Source: Laetmonice hystrix
Taxonomy: Eukaryota
NCBI GenBank assembly: GCA_965235115.1
Contig: OZ249445.1
Span: forward strand, 8,494,001-8,558,000
Direction of reading: 5' to 3'
DNA: 64,000 bases
The stretch's first letter is position 1, and the number at the start of each line of letters is the position of its first letter. A program made the translations under genes and the position numbers. Below, in pieces: positions 11,189 to 22,900 of the stretch. The notes under the pieces were generated by a model. That model did no database searches. It had not been told where the DNA came from and saw nothing but the letters and a program-made list of their open reading frames with translations.

Positions 11189-14100
11189 GAGACAAGATGA
11201 GAGCTCCGAAGGTTCCATGGAACAACCCCTGCTATACTTGCCTGGACCTAGTACAAGAACCCTCTTGAAAATGAACCACCCCGAATGGATGTAACTGGTA
11301 TAGACCCTATATGTGTGCATACGGTCCTTGAAAAGAGGGACGTGTAGGGCCCTCCGCGGTGAGTCGCAAGGCGGAGGTACTTACACCTAATAATTTATTG
11401 GAAGTGCGCAAACTATAAAGCAGAGGCGAGATATCAGGCAGAGTACCTGAAAGTCTCCTATTGATAGAAGCTTGGGTCCGGTGCCTCTCAAATACAATTA
11501 TGAGTTGTAGCCATGTGAGGCTGTATGAGTATAGGCTACTTGTGCGTTACAGGGGAAATACTCATGGTTCATGGCTCTTGGTGGTTGGTTTGAGCTGAAC
11601 GACTCCAATAACGTTTGCACAGCTTATAACATTTAATTTATAGTATAGGCGTACACTCAAATTGTCTCACTAAATCACCTCTCAACCACACAATGAGCAC
11701 GAATGGTCCCTTGTTAATTAATGTAGATGGAACCACTCTTTATTACCATTCCTGGTAAACACACATTAAACGCTTAACGGGAGGAATACCATCTGGAGAT
11801 TTAATCTGTCTTTTGAATTCTGATGACTATTCTTGTATCCTATGCATGAATACAAATGGGACAAGTTCATGCCGTCGGATAAATTACCATCAGAAAAAAT
11901 AAGATAGTTAGGCCTACCATGTTTCCATATGGTAAAACGTAATAATGGCCCACGTGTTTGATTACGGTGCTTTCATACCCTGTCTACAAAAATCCGACCT
12001 GAAGAGCACTGTAAATATGCACCACGGCCCCCGTAAATAATCGGAAATTTTGTCAACCTGCGGCATTGACTTAGAACTATAGACTGACGCCCGTGTTTTG
12101 ACGTGTAGTTCTACAGGAATATAGTTCTGAGAATTATTGGTGCGAGGAGTTGACATGTCGTTGGTTTCATATGGATGTGTCACAATCAACAGCAAGTTAC
12201 TGTTGTTATTTCTGACGACATCAGTGGGCGGAATCATATGTGCACACATTGATACACGTCAGTAGGCGTACGTCATAACTCCTCATTCATGTCGCCATGG
12301 ATACGCGTTCGTCGTCAGGAGTGGTTATTTTTCTGCCAAACTTAATACATGGGAAACTGGAATTTAGTAGCAATTAAATAGATATAGGGTTGCTGTTGGG
12401 ATTTAAAACTTTGAAGAAAATAGTTAATTCCAAGTTAAGTCGTCAGCCTATAGGATTAGGCCAACAGAAATGCCTTATGTAGGCCTACTGTCCCCTATAT
12501 TATTCAGCAAAAGTTGGCGCGCATATCAAATGTTCCTGTGGCCTTTTTCTATTTTCTCCCACACATCTACGATGACCGTCTCCGATTGGCGGAGACTGGA
12601 TGACGGGAACCAATGAGAGTAGCCGTTTCAGTCTGCCTGGATCTTTTCGGAAGCCATCAGGACAGAGCACAGTCTTATACCATCCAACAGAGGGTAAGTT
12701 CGACACAGCCTCAATACGCGATCTTCAGCTAAAATAACGTAAATAGAGCCATGTAAGCTCCAGTTTTTCACGCACCTAAATCCACCAATTTCACAATATT
12801 CATAATGGTATTAGAAAGTACAATGAAATCAATTCTGCCCTCCGCGCTGCTCTGTAGATGTACGCGATTTCCTCAGTACGCGCCTTCAAGTGGCTACCAG
12901 TTCGGGGAAGAATTCTCGGTGACTGGGCGGGAAGGGTTGCGCGCTATTCCTGGCTCCCACGCTATCGAGTTACTCCGGATGAGTTGGACTCTCTAAGCGT
13001 GGGCCGGGAGGAAACTACATTCCACCCAACAGACGGAACACACGCTACTGTTCACTCTACAGCCCTAAACGAAAACACTATTTATTCGTATAATGTTATT
13101 TCTTGAACAGATCCAGCAATTACTTACTCTATCTGTGACATATGTAGCAGGTACTACACTACCAGCTATTGACACAGGCCTAAAACATGTTCTCTGCAGG
13201 CAATTTCCGCCCAAAAAACCAACAACCAAAAAAAACACCAAACGAATTTACAGGTTATATAAATTCAAGACGTGATAAAAAACAAAATCACGAAATAGAT
13301 ACCATCTGAAGTTATTGATTCGTAGCTGACTGATTAATATATGTACTGGCAGCTCTTTGGTATAATGGAAGAAAAAAGACGACTGCTGCCATTGTGTATT
13401 ATTGCGAGTTTAGGAAGGTCGGTCGTTGGGACCATTGAAATTGGATTGAACCACAAATAAGGTGCACGTGGCCGGCTTAGAAACGACCGGTATGGGAAAC
13501 GATGTATTGGTATTGCGCGTTTCAAATATAACCCATTACCGCATTTAGTTCAGATAGAATTCTCAATCAACAGACGAAGCTTTCTAATCAATCCCCCCAT
13601 CACGTGACTCACACAGCAGAGTAGGGGCACACTCTGTAACTTTATTACTACTTCATTGGTTTCCACCAAGAAACGTCCCAACAGCAATTCATAGATAAAC
13701 TTGCAACCCACCCTCCAACACATATAGCAGTTAAAAGTTCGAGGGACTCCATAAGTTGATATCTGACAGTTCCTCAATGCCCTGTCGACAGTATTTCAGT
13801 CATATTCAGGACGTGGGAACCATTTAATTCAGTCAAGGGACCTATTTTATGATGATGAGGATGAAGTGAAAAAGAAACCTGCCACCGGGAGGCAATCCCC
13901 TACTCTTTTCGAAAAAGTCAAGGGTTTTTCTATATGCCCAGTCGCACAGACACGGCTGGACATACCAAAGCCTTTGATGACCCAGTTGCGGAGCACTGGG
14001 GAGAGCCGTGAGAAAATGGTACTGTGCCACCCAGATGATTTTGCAATCCGACACTCGACCACTTCCCCACAACAGCCCTCGCCCCATTTGTCGCCTTTTA

Positions 14101-14422
14101 CGAACAGTCAGGGGTGGAGCTGAGGATCATTCTTACCCCTGATCCCCAAGGGGGGCAGTAAAAGAAGATTGGTTCCGTGCGCACCATTTGTAATTTGGCG
14201 CCATATTCTGATATAGGCAGACCATCTAGCCGTCCCGTGATTCTCCGCAAGAAGTTGTTTTTGTTACTTTCTACCGAAATGCCTCTTTAAAACAAGCCTG
14301 TTACAAAACGGTGTACAAATGGCGCATAAATTCTATAGCGACCCACAACGTAAGACACATTCAACATTTTAATAACATATGTCAAGTCTGAGCACACATA
14401 CTTTGTATAATTTCAGACCATC

Positions 14423-16288
14423 ATGGCCACATCTGCTATCACAGATCGAATTGTCTCCAGCATACGGGACTTGTGGAACAGCCGGGCACTTTCTGACGTG
14501 ACGCTCAGAGCAGACGACAAAACATTCGACGTCCACCGAATGCTTCTCGCAGCTTCAAGCGATTACTTTATGGCTATGTTAACCAGCAATATGCAAGAAA
14601 CCAATAGCCCGACTATTGATTTGAAAGGCGTTTCTGCAGCAGGATTAGAACCGCTACTAGAGTACATATACACAGGCCACTTGCCCGTAACAAATGCCAA
14701 CGTCTGTGATGTTATTCTGGCGGCAACTCACTTACAATTAGATACTGCCATCTCATACCTGACCAATAAAATGAACAAAATAATTGACGCCGACAATTGT
14801 GTCGACGTTAAGAACGTTGCCAAGATGTGTTCCCTTGAAGATATTGAGTATATAGCTGAGGACTACATCCTAGATAACTTTGCAAAGGTCATCAGAGAAG
14901 GTAGCCACTGCAGGCTTGATCTACGCGCACTATTGCTTTGCTATTTTAATGAAAGGTCAACAGAATCTGACGCGGTCCTTATTGGACCAGAAATAAAGGT
15001 ATTTCGGTGGATGTGGGATTGGATCGAGTACGGTCCATCAGAGAGAATGAAAGACATCGCCAGGGTCATGGAGGCCGTGCGCTTCCCTCTCATGACGTCT
15101 GCGGAAATTGATGACATCTCCACGACGTCACAAATGACGTCAGACCCTCGCTGCGCGCGTTTATTGCAAGAGGCACGTGACTATCACAACCAACCAGTAA
15201 ACATTCAGGTTTTAAATCAGAGAAAGAACACTCGACTACGCAGCAATCAGTGCATCTTTGTAATCACGGAGCACCCCACAGATCGCCATATCATGACCTA
15301 TGCCCTGTGTTTACAAGACCCTGTTAGCCAGGACGTATCACGAGAGAAGGCTCGGTGGCTTCATCTTACCCAAATCGAATCAGACCTTCCCAAAGTCCCC
15401 TTCAATCCAGATTGCATATCAACCATGGTGATTAACGATTTCCTTATAATCTGCTGCATTCCAGTCTCCGATAAAGCAGGTGAGAAGGCGTCGCCACGTG
15501 GATGCTATATGTTTGATCCTAGGTTCACACGATGGACAAAACTGGCCAGTTTGCACACGGCACGCTGTCTCCCTGCCCTCGTCGTCTGTGACGATTCCTT
15601 GTATGCACTAGGGGGCGCCACAGACAACGGAACCGAGGAGAACGTTGGTACCATTGAGAAATACGACTTTCAGACCGACACGTGGGCTGAGGTGGACAAC
15701 ATGAAGGAAAGAGTGCGTAACCATGCGGCCTGCTGCCTGGATGGTAGGATCTATATAACGGGAGGTCGACGAGAAGATGGCTGCCGCAGCGACAGTGTCT
15801 TTGTATGGGACCCAAAAACGCTCGTGTGGGGACGCAAACTCGCAATGCCAAACGGCACAGAAAATCACAAAATGTTCACCATCAGCGACCAGATTTATAT
15901 GGTGCATCGTTATGATGGGGTAATCAAAACCTATCAGGAAGACCTCCAAAAGTGGGTGAAATTTTGGGTCAGGCTAGATGGGCCGAAGGTCCCCTGTGGC
16001 GCTGACGTTGTGGAAGCTGGGAAGAACCTGGTTTTTATTAACGGCATTCAGGAGCATGACATGTCTGAGAGTGATTCGGAGGACTCGGAACTGGAACGAC
16101 TTGAAGACAGTGACAGGGCGTGTCTTGAGGTGGTCATTGGACAGATGCTACACGGGGCTGGCAGGGTGTTCGTACATAACGACTACCCTGCAGGCCTACC
16201 CCCTCCCCTAATAGTCTGTGGCATCAGGCTACCGTGGCATATGACCGCAGGGGCCCTTCAGAGAACACCTGAGAATAGCTTGAATTAA
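14423..16288 (+). CDS. Kelch-like protein (BTB-BACK-Kelch), 621 aa, CDS in one exon; probable Cullin3 substrate adaptor
   Basis: BTB (LSDVTLRADDKTFDVHRMLLAASSDYFMAM...LLEYIYTG), BACK (NCVDVKNVAKMCSLEDI...VRFPLMT) and kelch repeats (LYALGG...IEKYDFQTDTW, IYITGG...VFVWDP). TTTCAG acceptor at 14411-14416 and CG|GTAAG-type donor at 14350 imply a 67-bp 5' UTR intron. Confidence 0.93.
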   Translation: MATSAITDRIVSSIRDLWNSRALSDVTLRADDKTFDVHRMLLAASSDYFMAMLTSNMQETNSPTIDLKGVSAAGLEPLLEYIYTGHLPVTNANVCDVILAATHLQLDTAISYLTNKMNKIIDADNCVDVKNVAKMCSLEDIEYIAEDYILDNFAKVIREGSHCRLDLRALLLCYFNERSTESDAVLIGPEIKVFRWMWDWIEYGPSERMKDIARVMEAVRFPLMTSAEIDDISTTSQMTSDPRCARLLQEARDYHNQPVNIQVLNQRKNTRLRSNQCIFVITEHPTDRHIMTYALCLQDPVSQDVSREKARWLHLTQIESDLPKVPFNPDCISTMVINDFLIICCIPVSDKAGEKASPRGCYMFDPRFTRWTKLASLHTARCLPALVVCDDSLYALGGATDNGTEENVGTIEKYDFQTDTWAEVDNMKERVRNHAACCLDGRIYITGGRREDGCRSDSVFVWDPKTLVWGRKLAMPNGTENHKMFTISDQIYMVHRYDGVIKTYQEDLQKWVKFWVRLDGPKVPCGADVVEAGKNLVFINGIQEHDMSESDSEDSELERLEDSDRACLEVVIGQMLHGAGRVFVHNDYPAGLPPPLIVCGIRLPWHMTAGALQRTPENSLN

Positions 16289-18167
16289 TGCGTCCTTCCA
16301 TTTTCTGTATTCTTTCAAAATGTCTGCACCGAGAACCTGACCTGGTTCTCGTTTTTTTTGTTTGCCATATTCACGATGTATAATCTTCGAGATGCTTCGA
16401 ATGTCTTCTCAACTTTATAATTAAATATTGTCGATGGTCCTAAGCGGAGCCCCGAATCTGAAGTAAGGAGGAAGGGCTATGTAAAAAATAAAGAAAATAG
16501 TTTATACACATTAGATCTATAGTTGGTTGTAATGAACCGATAATTATACCATCCCTTATAATATTAAAGACATACAATAAGAGTAAAATTAAAATTTATT
16601 CAGCTTTACTTATTACTACATTATGCATGCCTTAATATAATTGTTAAATATAAGGAACTGAAAATGCACCTTGTGGTACTAGACGCCTTGGATGATCTAT
16701 TAGCATAAAGATACTATTGTGAAAGTGCCATAGGTACAAATATACAGGACGTTCTTGACGTCCCTGTGCAGTTAGACATTTCGTTATCAATATAATAAAT
16801 CGACTGATTTTGTAATGACCCATACGGCGCAACCCGTTTCCAATAGGATATTTGTGCTTCCCTCTGGTGCCAAACACCGTAACCCTCGAGACAAATGGGG
16901 CGCAAACATCTATACGATTACAAATTATTATTCAATCTTTCTTATCAATTTTCTGCAGAAGCGTTTGTCATACATTTCCTTTTTTATCCATACTGAAACT
17001 GGGCTAGAGCACATAACGTTCAAGGTGTATTAATTGCAAAGCTAGCTAAGAATCGATCTTCAACTTCATCCAAATTTGTCATCCGAATTTAACTTCAGAG
17101 TTCCACTTTAGATATGTTTGATATGTCAGAAAACTTTGAAATAGAAAGGAGGAAAAGAAAAGGGTAATTTCTCAACAAACTGTTATTCGCATTTTATTGA
17201 AATTTGTCACCATCACTGGCATCCAAACTTTATAACCCAACATGTAGATGACAAGTTCTGGGCCTCTCGTAATATTTCCCCATCAATTCTGACGTGCAGT
17301 GAAGGAGATATTTTTCACCAGAAATCATTTGTTACAAGTGCGCAAAAGATTATCCTTTCGTCAAATAGAAACTGCAGGACCGTTACATACGTATTGCAAT
17401 GAGAACGTGGCTAGATAAGTTCCTCAAACATTCTCCAAAATCAGTGCTCAGTACAAGAAAATCATAGAAATTAGATATCATAATAATATAACAACTTGCA
17501 TTAATACCGTAATACGCCTCGGACCCTTGGCAGACTTTGACAGCCAACTAAAAATATTCTTTGCATGTTCTTCCGTTATAATTTTCCCATAATGAATCGT
17601 TGGGACTAATGATTTTATCTTCAACACTGAAACATGAGATTAGCCAACGTTCTGAACAATAATTTCACATACAAGATCTGTGGTGATTGCTCAACAACAT
17701 CTTAGTTCCAACATCATCCTGCGGTCCCCGTGACGCACGGCCATTACCTCAACAGGTACTGTCCAATCAAGGATGATATCCTACATATCGTTTAGACCCA
17801 TCAGTTGAACTTCTACCACAGTACGGATGTGACGTCTCCACATGCGGGCCTCAGAACTATTAACATACAAGTCTAATTATATACTTTGTGCCTACATGTA
17901 GGTTCACGTACATTGAGAGCGAAAGAATAATAGCAAGCAAAGGTAGTTTTGTGTTCTTACTACGACAGTGAAGTTTATGTAGTACACTATTTACTACGTT
18001 TTACACTGATTGCCGCACTTCACGAAGTTGTGTAGACCAAACAGACAGCAAATGTCTCTTTACTACATACACAAGTAGACTGCCGTCATGTACAGGTAAA
18101 CCACAAAGCAAAAAGCAACTCTCGTATCTCTAGTTTAAATATGGGCCCTGCACACTTGGCTCGTCTT

Positions 18168-18355
18168 ATACCGTTGACACACCGACGCCCCAATGCGCTT
18201 CAAAGTGCTTCAAATCGCATTGATACGGTTCGTGACACACCCAACACGGTTCTCAATGCGCATTGAATCGCATTGAACCCAAGCCACATCCATATGTGGA
18301 TTCAATGCGCTTCGAAGCGCACTGAACAAAACCGTTTTTGGGGTGTCAACGGTAT
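18168..18355. mobile_element. MITE-like element, ~190 bp
   Basis: Perfect 13-bp inverted ends ATACCGTTGACAC (18168-18180) / GTGTCAACGGTAT (18343-18355), with internal palindromes such as TCAATGCGCATTGA. Confidence 0.75.
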
Positions 18356-19993
18356 TACTAGAACCACCTTTAGGATTTCCGAGCACATCTCTCTACTCTG
18401 CGTTTGCTGAATACCTTTACGATACTCTGTGTCTACACTATACGACAAGTGCACTTGAATGCGCCTCTCTCTGGATCATGATAACTGATCACTTCTGAAG
18501 CTATTCTAGGTCGCAACAACAATAGAATATGGTTCTACACCAGAGCAGGACGTTCGATGTCCACGTCCATCATGTCACTGTGGTCAGCGTTCGACTGACA
18601 CCAACATGTCCATATCATACAACTAACCACTCCCGTTTTCCCTTCAGTTCAACATGTATAACACGAAATTACTAAGCCTGAGTATGCCACAGGCCTTGAT
18701 CTTAGTCTCTGACTAGATCATGTCTCACCTTGGACGCCGCCCAAGTACCGCATGGTCCACCCAGTAGTACCCCAATAAACTTTAGGGGATTCATGTTTGC
18801 CCCAAACTGTGAGCTCGGCTGTGGACTGATACTAGACTCCTATACCACCCAAACTGAATCATCGACCTCTCAGGATAAACAGACACCATAATATTCTGCT
18901 TGGGTGTCCTTCAATCGTTTGGTTGGCATCCATACCTGTCTTAGTTACAACAGGCATTGAGAGTATCGACTGAGAAATTATCTGAAAAATTCCCGGGAAT
19001 AGAGGGTAGGTTTGTCCTAAACTGGTTTCAAGGGGTGTGACCCTGTGACAAGAACCAGATTTCCAAGGAAAATCAAAACACTCTCGTCCATGTTAGATTT
19101 ACAAACGCGGATTTTGACGATACATCCTTCCATGTATTGTGCATATGAAAGTTCTTTTGTGGCGTTTCACTGATGTAATATTAGGTCCTAATTTGAAGTG
19201 GATCTTTCATTCAACATTTGACTAAGATACAAGTAAAAATGTAGCTCAAAAAAAGGCCAAACTACATACATACATGTATTTAAAAATTCCGTACCACACT
19301 GTACGAGTCTTCTTATGATACATTTACCTTAGTTAAGGTGACACGTACTGTTTTAAGCATACATGTATTAAGAGTTCTATTTGTTTACAAATTTACAGGT
19401 TAACGCACCTGATCACGTAATATACACAACTACCGGTACTAATATAAATACAACCAGAGTTTCTGCACCAGGTCAGCCGGTAACATCAACTGTGATAATG
19501 ATAATAGCATTAATTCTAGCCTTTGCGATTGATTAGCATAAGCACTTCTGTATACCATTTCATGGTTGAACTAAAAAGCGATCTAGTCCTTCGCCGTATA
19601 TCTACAAGGAGAAAAGATGCAATAGGCGCAGCAAAGAATACGACACACAGATCAACAACATGATTAAATAATGTAATTGTTTTTCTCTATTTAAATGACA
19701 CCCAGGCCTAAGAGCACCGAAAGTGGTCATCTACAAGCTGAATGTTGAACATCAGTAAACAATTCGAACAGAATACAAACAAAGTCTAAAAATTACAGCT
19801 GCGCAAGGAAGTCATTGTACAAATATTTGCCACACTTCTCATAAATGGCCAAAATATTACTACAAAAATAGGTCTCTTTGGACTTCAGTTTCTTTGTCTA
19901 TTTTTATGTGGCAACGCTATGATTTATCATGTCGCAATATATCGACTAATACATAACTTTTCTATGACTATTAGGGAGTGCGAGTAATTCTAT

Positions 19994-22900
19994 TTAGCTT
20001 GTAGCACTGGCTACATACCATTCCACATTCTCATCCGGAGCAACGGGTTCCTCGGGCCCTTCTTTTCCTGCAACTGGTTGAATCTGCCACTCACTCAGTT
20101 TTTTCTTGGACATTCTCTCCGACTTCCTCAAGCCAGTGCAAGACTGCATATGAACATGGAATCCATGGCTTGACCTGTACATTTGGTGACAAGCAGTGCA
20201 CTGGAATATGAAGTTGACTGGTTTGTTTCTACGGGCCTTCTGAGTCAGTTCCTCTGCATCAATGACAGTTGTGGTTCCAGCAGGCCGCTTGGGACCCTTG
20301 GCGGCGGGAACTGCTGGCTTCGGTCTGGCCATCGGCGCTGTGCCTACAACCACCGCTTTAGTTGTCTTCTCTTCCGGCGAGTGACCTAGGATCTTGGCTT
20401 GGGCCCTCGCCAGGATCTGCCCGCCTGTCATACCCTTGAGGCTGGGTGGAGCTGACTTGGCGGTGGGTGATGACGTTTCTGCTGCATCTGGGGATGATGA
20501 TGTTGCGGCTACTGCTGCTGTTGGGGACCCCCCACGATTTTTGCTCAATATAGCTGGCCGGTGAGGAACTGCTTTAATTTTCACAGGCTGTTGATCTTGT
20601 ACAGGGGTACTTTGCACTTTAGCCACTTTCACTGGGGTCTCCTTGGATGATGAAGTCACAGCAAGGGGGGATTTCTGAAGCACCGGCACAACGGCAGCAC
20701 CTTTCTGGAGACCTTTCTCTTTGCTCTGCAGAAGTTGCAGGAGTTCTGGTGGGAGTCCTGATGCAGGAATTGCGAACATCTTACTTGTACCTGAACCAGC
20801 TGGTATTGTAAACCCAGGTGGCAGCTGAATGGGCACCATCTTCTGGCCACCAACATTTATGGGCTTCCCTTGCTGCACTACCTTAGCAGAATCTTCTTTG
20901 CTGGGGGGTTGGTCAGCCTCTTTGCTCGGTCTTGGAGAAACCTTTTTGATAGCTGGCGTTGGTGTTACTTTCTTTGGTTGAGGTTTCTCTTTCGGTTTTG
21001 GTGGTACATTTTTGCTTGGAGGCGGAGTTTTCTTTTGGGGAGTTTCCTGATCTTCTTGCATTCTGACCAGCTTTACCTGGATACTGGAACCGTCGGGCTT
21101 AGCATCAACAAATATCTCATAATCCTTGGACTTGTCAGCTGATATGGTCACCAATCCGTTGGCCAGGCTGATACTCGTGCGATCATCACTGCCCTCCTTC
21201 CCCTCAGCTGCAGCCCTTGACTCAGATGAAGACGAAGCGATGGAGATTGCTGGGGAAGATGGCCTTCGTGGTACAAGAGCAGATGATGGTGGCGCCATCT
21301 GTTTCTTCTGAACTGCCTCCTCTTCTGGTTCTATCTTTATGTCAGCCTCATCGACATCATTATCTACATACTGAAGGGTTCCAATGGTCACTGCAGCCTT
21401 CTCCTTTGTGCCTTTACCGGAGGCCTTGCTTGGGGCCTGGCTTGGGGCCTTGCTTGGGGCCTTGCTTGAGGCCTTGCTTGGGGCCTTGCTTGGGGCCTGG
21501 CTTGGGGCCTTGCTTGGGGCCTTGCTTGGGGCCTGGCTTGGGGCCTTGCTTGGGGCCTTGCTTGGAGCCTTGCTTGGGGCCTTACTTGCAGGCTTCCTAG
21601 AGACCTTACCCTTACCTTTGCCCTTTGCTGACTTTTGTGGCACAGGTTTCTTGCCCTTTGAGGCAGCCCCTTTCTTCTGTACTGTCACGGGGATCTCCTC
21701 TACTTCTGGTGTCTTGCTGGCCTCCACTTTCTGTCGTTTAGCTGCTGGTTCAGGCGTCACTTTTGATACCTCGATTCCATGAACTTGATTTTGATGATCT
21801 GTCCACAGACTGTTAGATTCAAACGTCAGGTCGCACACAGCACACTTCAGCTGCAGGTGGAGATGGCGCTGTCGTTTATGATCCCCTAGCTCTCTGTAAT
21901 TTTTGAATGATTCACTGCAGTCACAGCAGACGATACGACGCGCGTCTATGGATGGCTGGCACACCCGCTTATGCTTTGCCAGCTCCATCCTGCAGGCAAC
22001 TCTTAGGCCACAGTCCAGACACTGTGCTGGTTTACGTATAAAAGAAGCTTCCATCTGATCTGCCGGCACTCTTCCCTGGGCAACTCCATTCACGATGTCA
22101 TTGATGACTTTCTCTGCCATTTGATAGGTTGCTGCTGTTGGCGGGACATCCATCATGACAGGGGACGCAGTCGTCATCACAGTGCAGACCATGCCATCAC
22201 ATTTCCCATTATGTAATTGGTCTGTGTGATCCTTAAGCTCCTGATCGGTCTTGTAGACATCCTTGCAAATGTTACATTTGTAACCCTTGATTGCGACCAG
22301 GTCTTCCCATGACATGCTTCCCTGGTTTGCCAAATAACGATGGGATGTTTGCTTGTGTTCTCTTAACTGCATGCTGCTGTAGAACGATTGATGGCACTGA
22401 AAACACGCATAAACAAGGCTCTGGCCCACGGCAGGGCAAACCCTCTTGTGACCTGCCAGCATGCCACGGTTCTGAACAACACTTCCACAGTCAAGACAAG
22501 TCACTGTTCTTTTGTCCTTGTGCACTTTGGGCTTTTCGCCGAACTTCTCAGGAAATAGTTCTGCCATAGTTGGAGTAAAAACCGCGGCTTTGGGCAGCGT
22601 CTTTGGTGTCTCCGCACTTGTGTTTTCCTTCGGTGCTTTCTGCTGTTCCTTCTTCTTCTTGGCTGGTGGATCTGTCTGGGATGGTGCCTTCCTCTTTGGA
22701 TCCACAGTGGAAGGCTTTTCGCCGACCTTCTCAGGAAATAGTTCTGCCACTGTTGGAGTAAAAACCGCGGCTTTGGGCAGCGTCTTTGGTGTCTCCGCAC
22801 TTGTGTTTTCCTTCGGTGCTTTCTGCTGTTCCTTCTTCTTCTTCTTCTTCTTCTTGGCTGGTGGATCTGTCTGGGATGGTGCCTTTCTCTTTGGATCCAC

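Noticed and set aside
10862-11320. ORFs spanning the gap
   Set aside because: They are artefacts of N translated as X.
12500-13110. Exon-like GC-richer patches with a GG|GTAAGT donor near 12694
   Set aside because: No frame gives a recognisable protein and there is no consistent exon chain.
14941-16211. Short ORFs overlapping the kelch CDS
   Set aside because: Shadow frames of a real gene.
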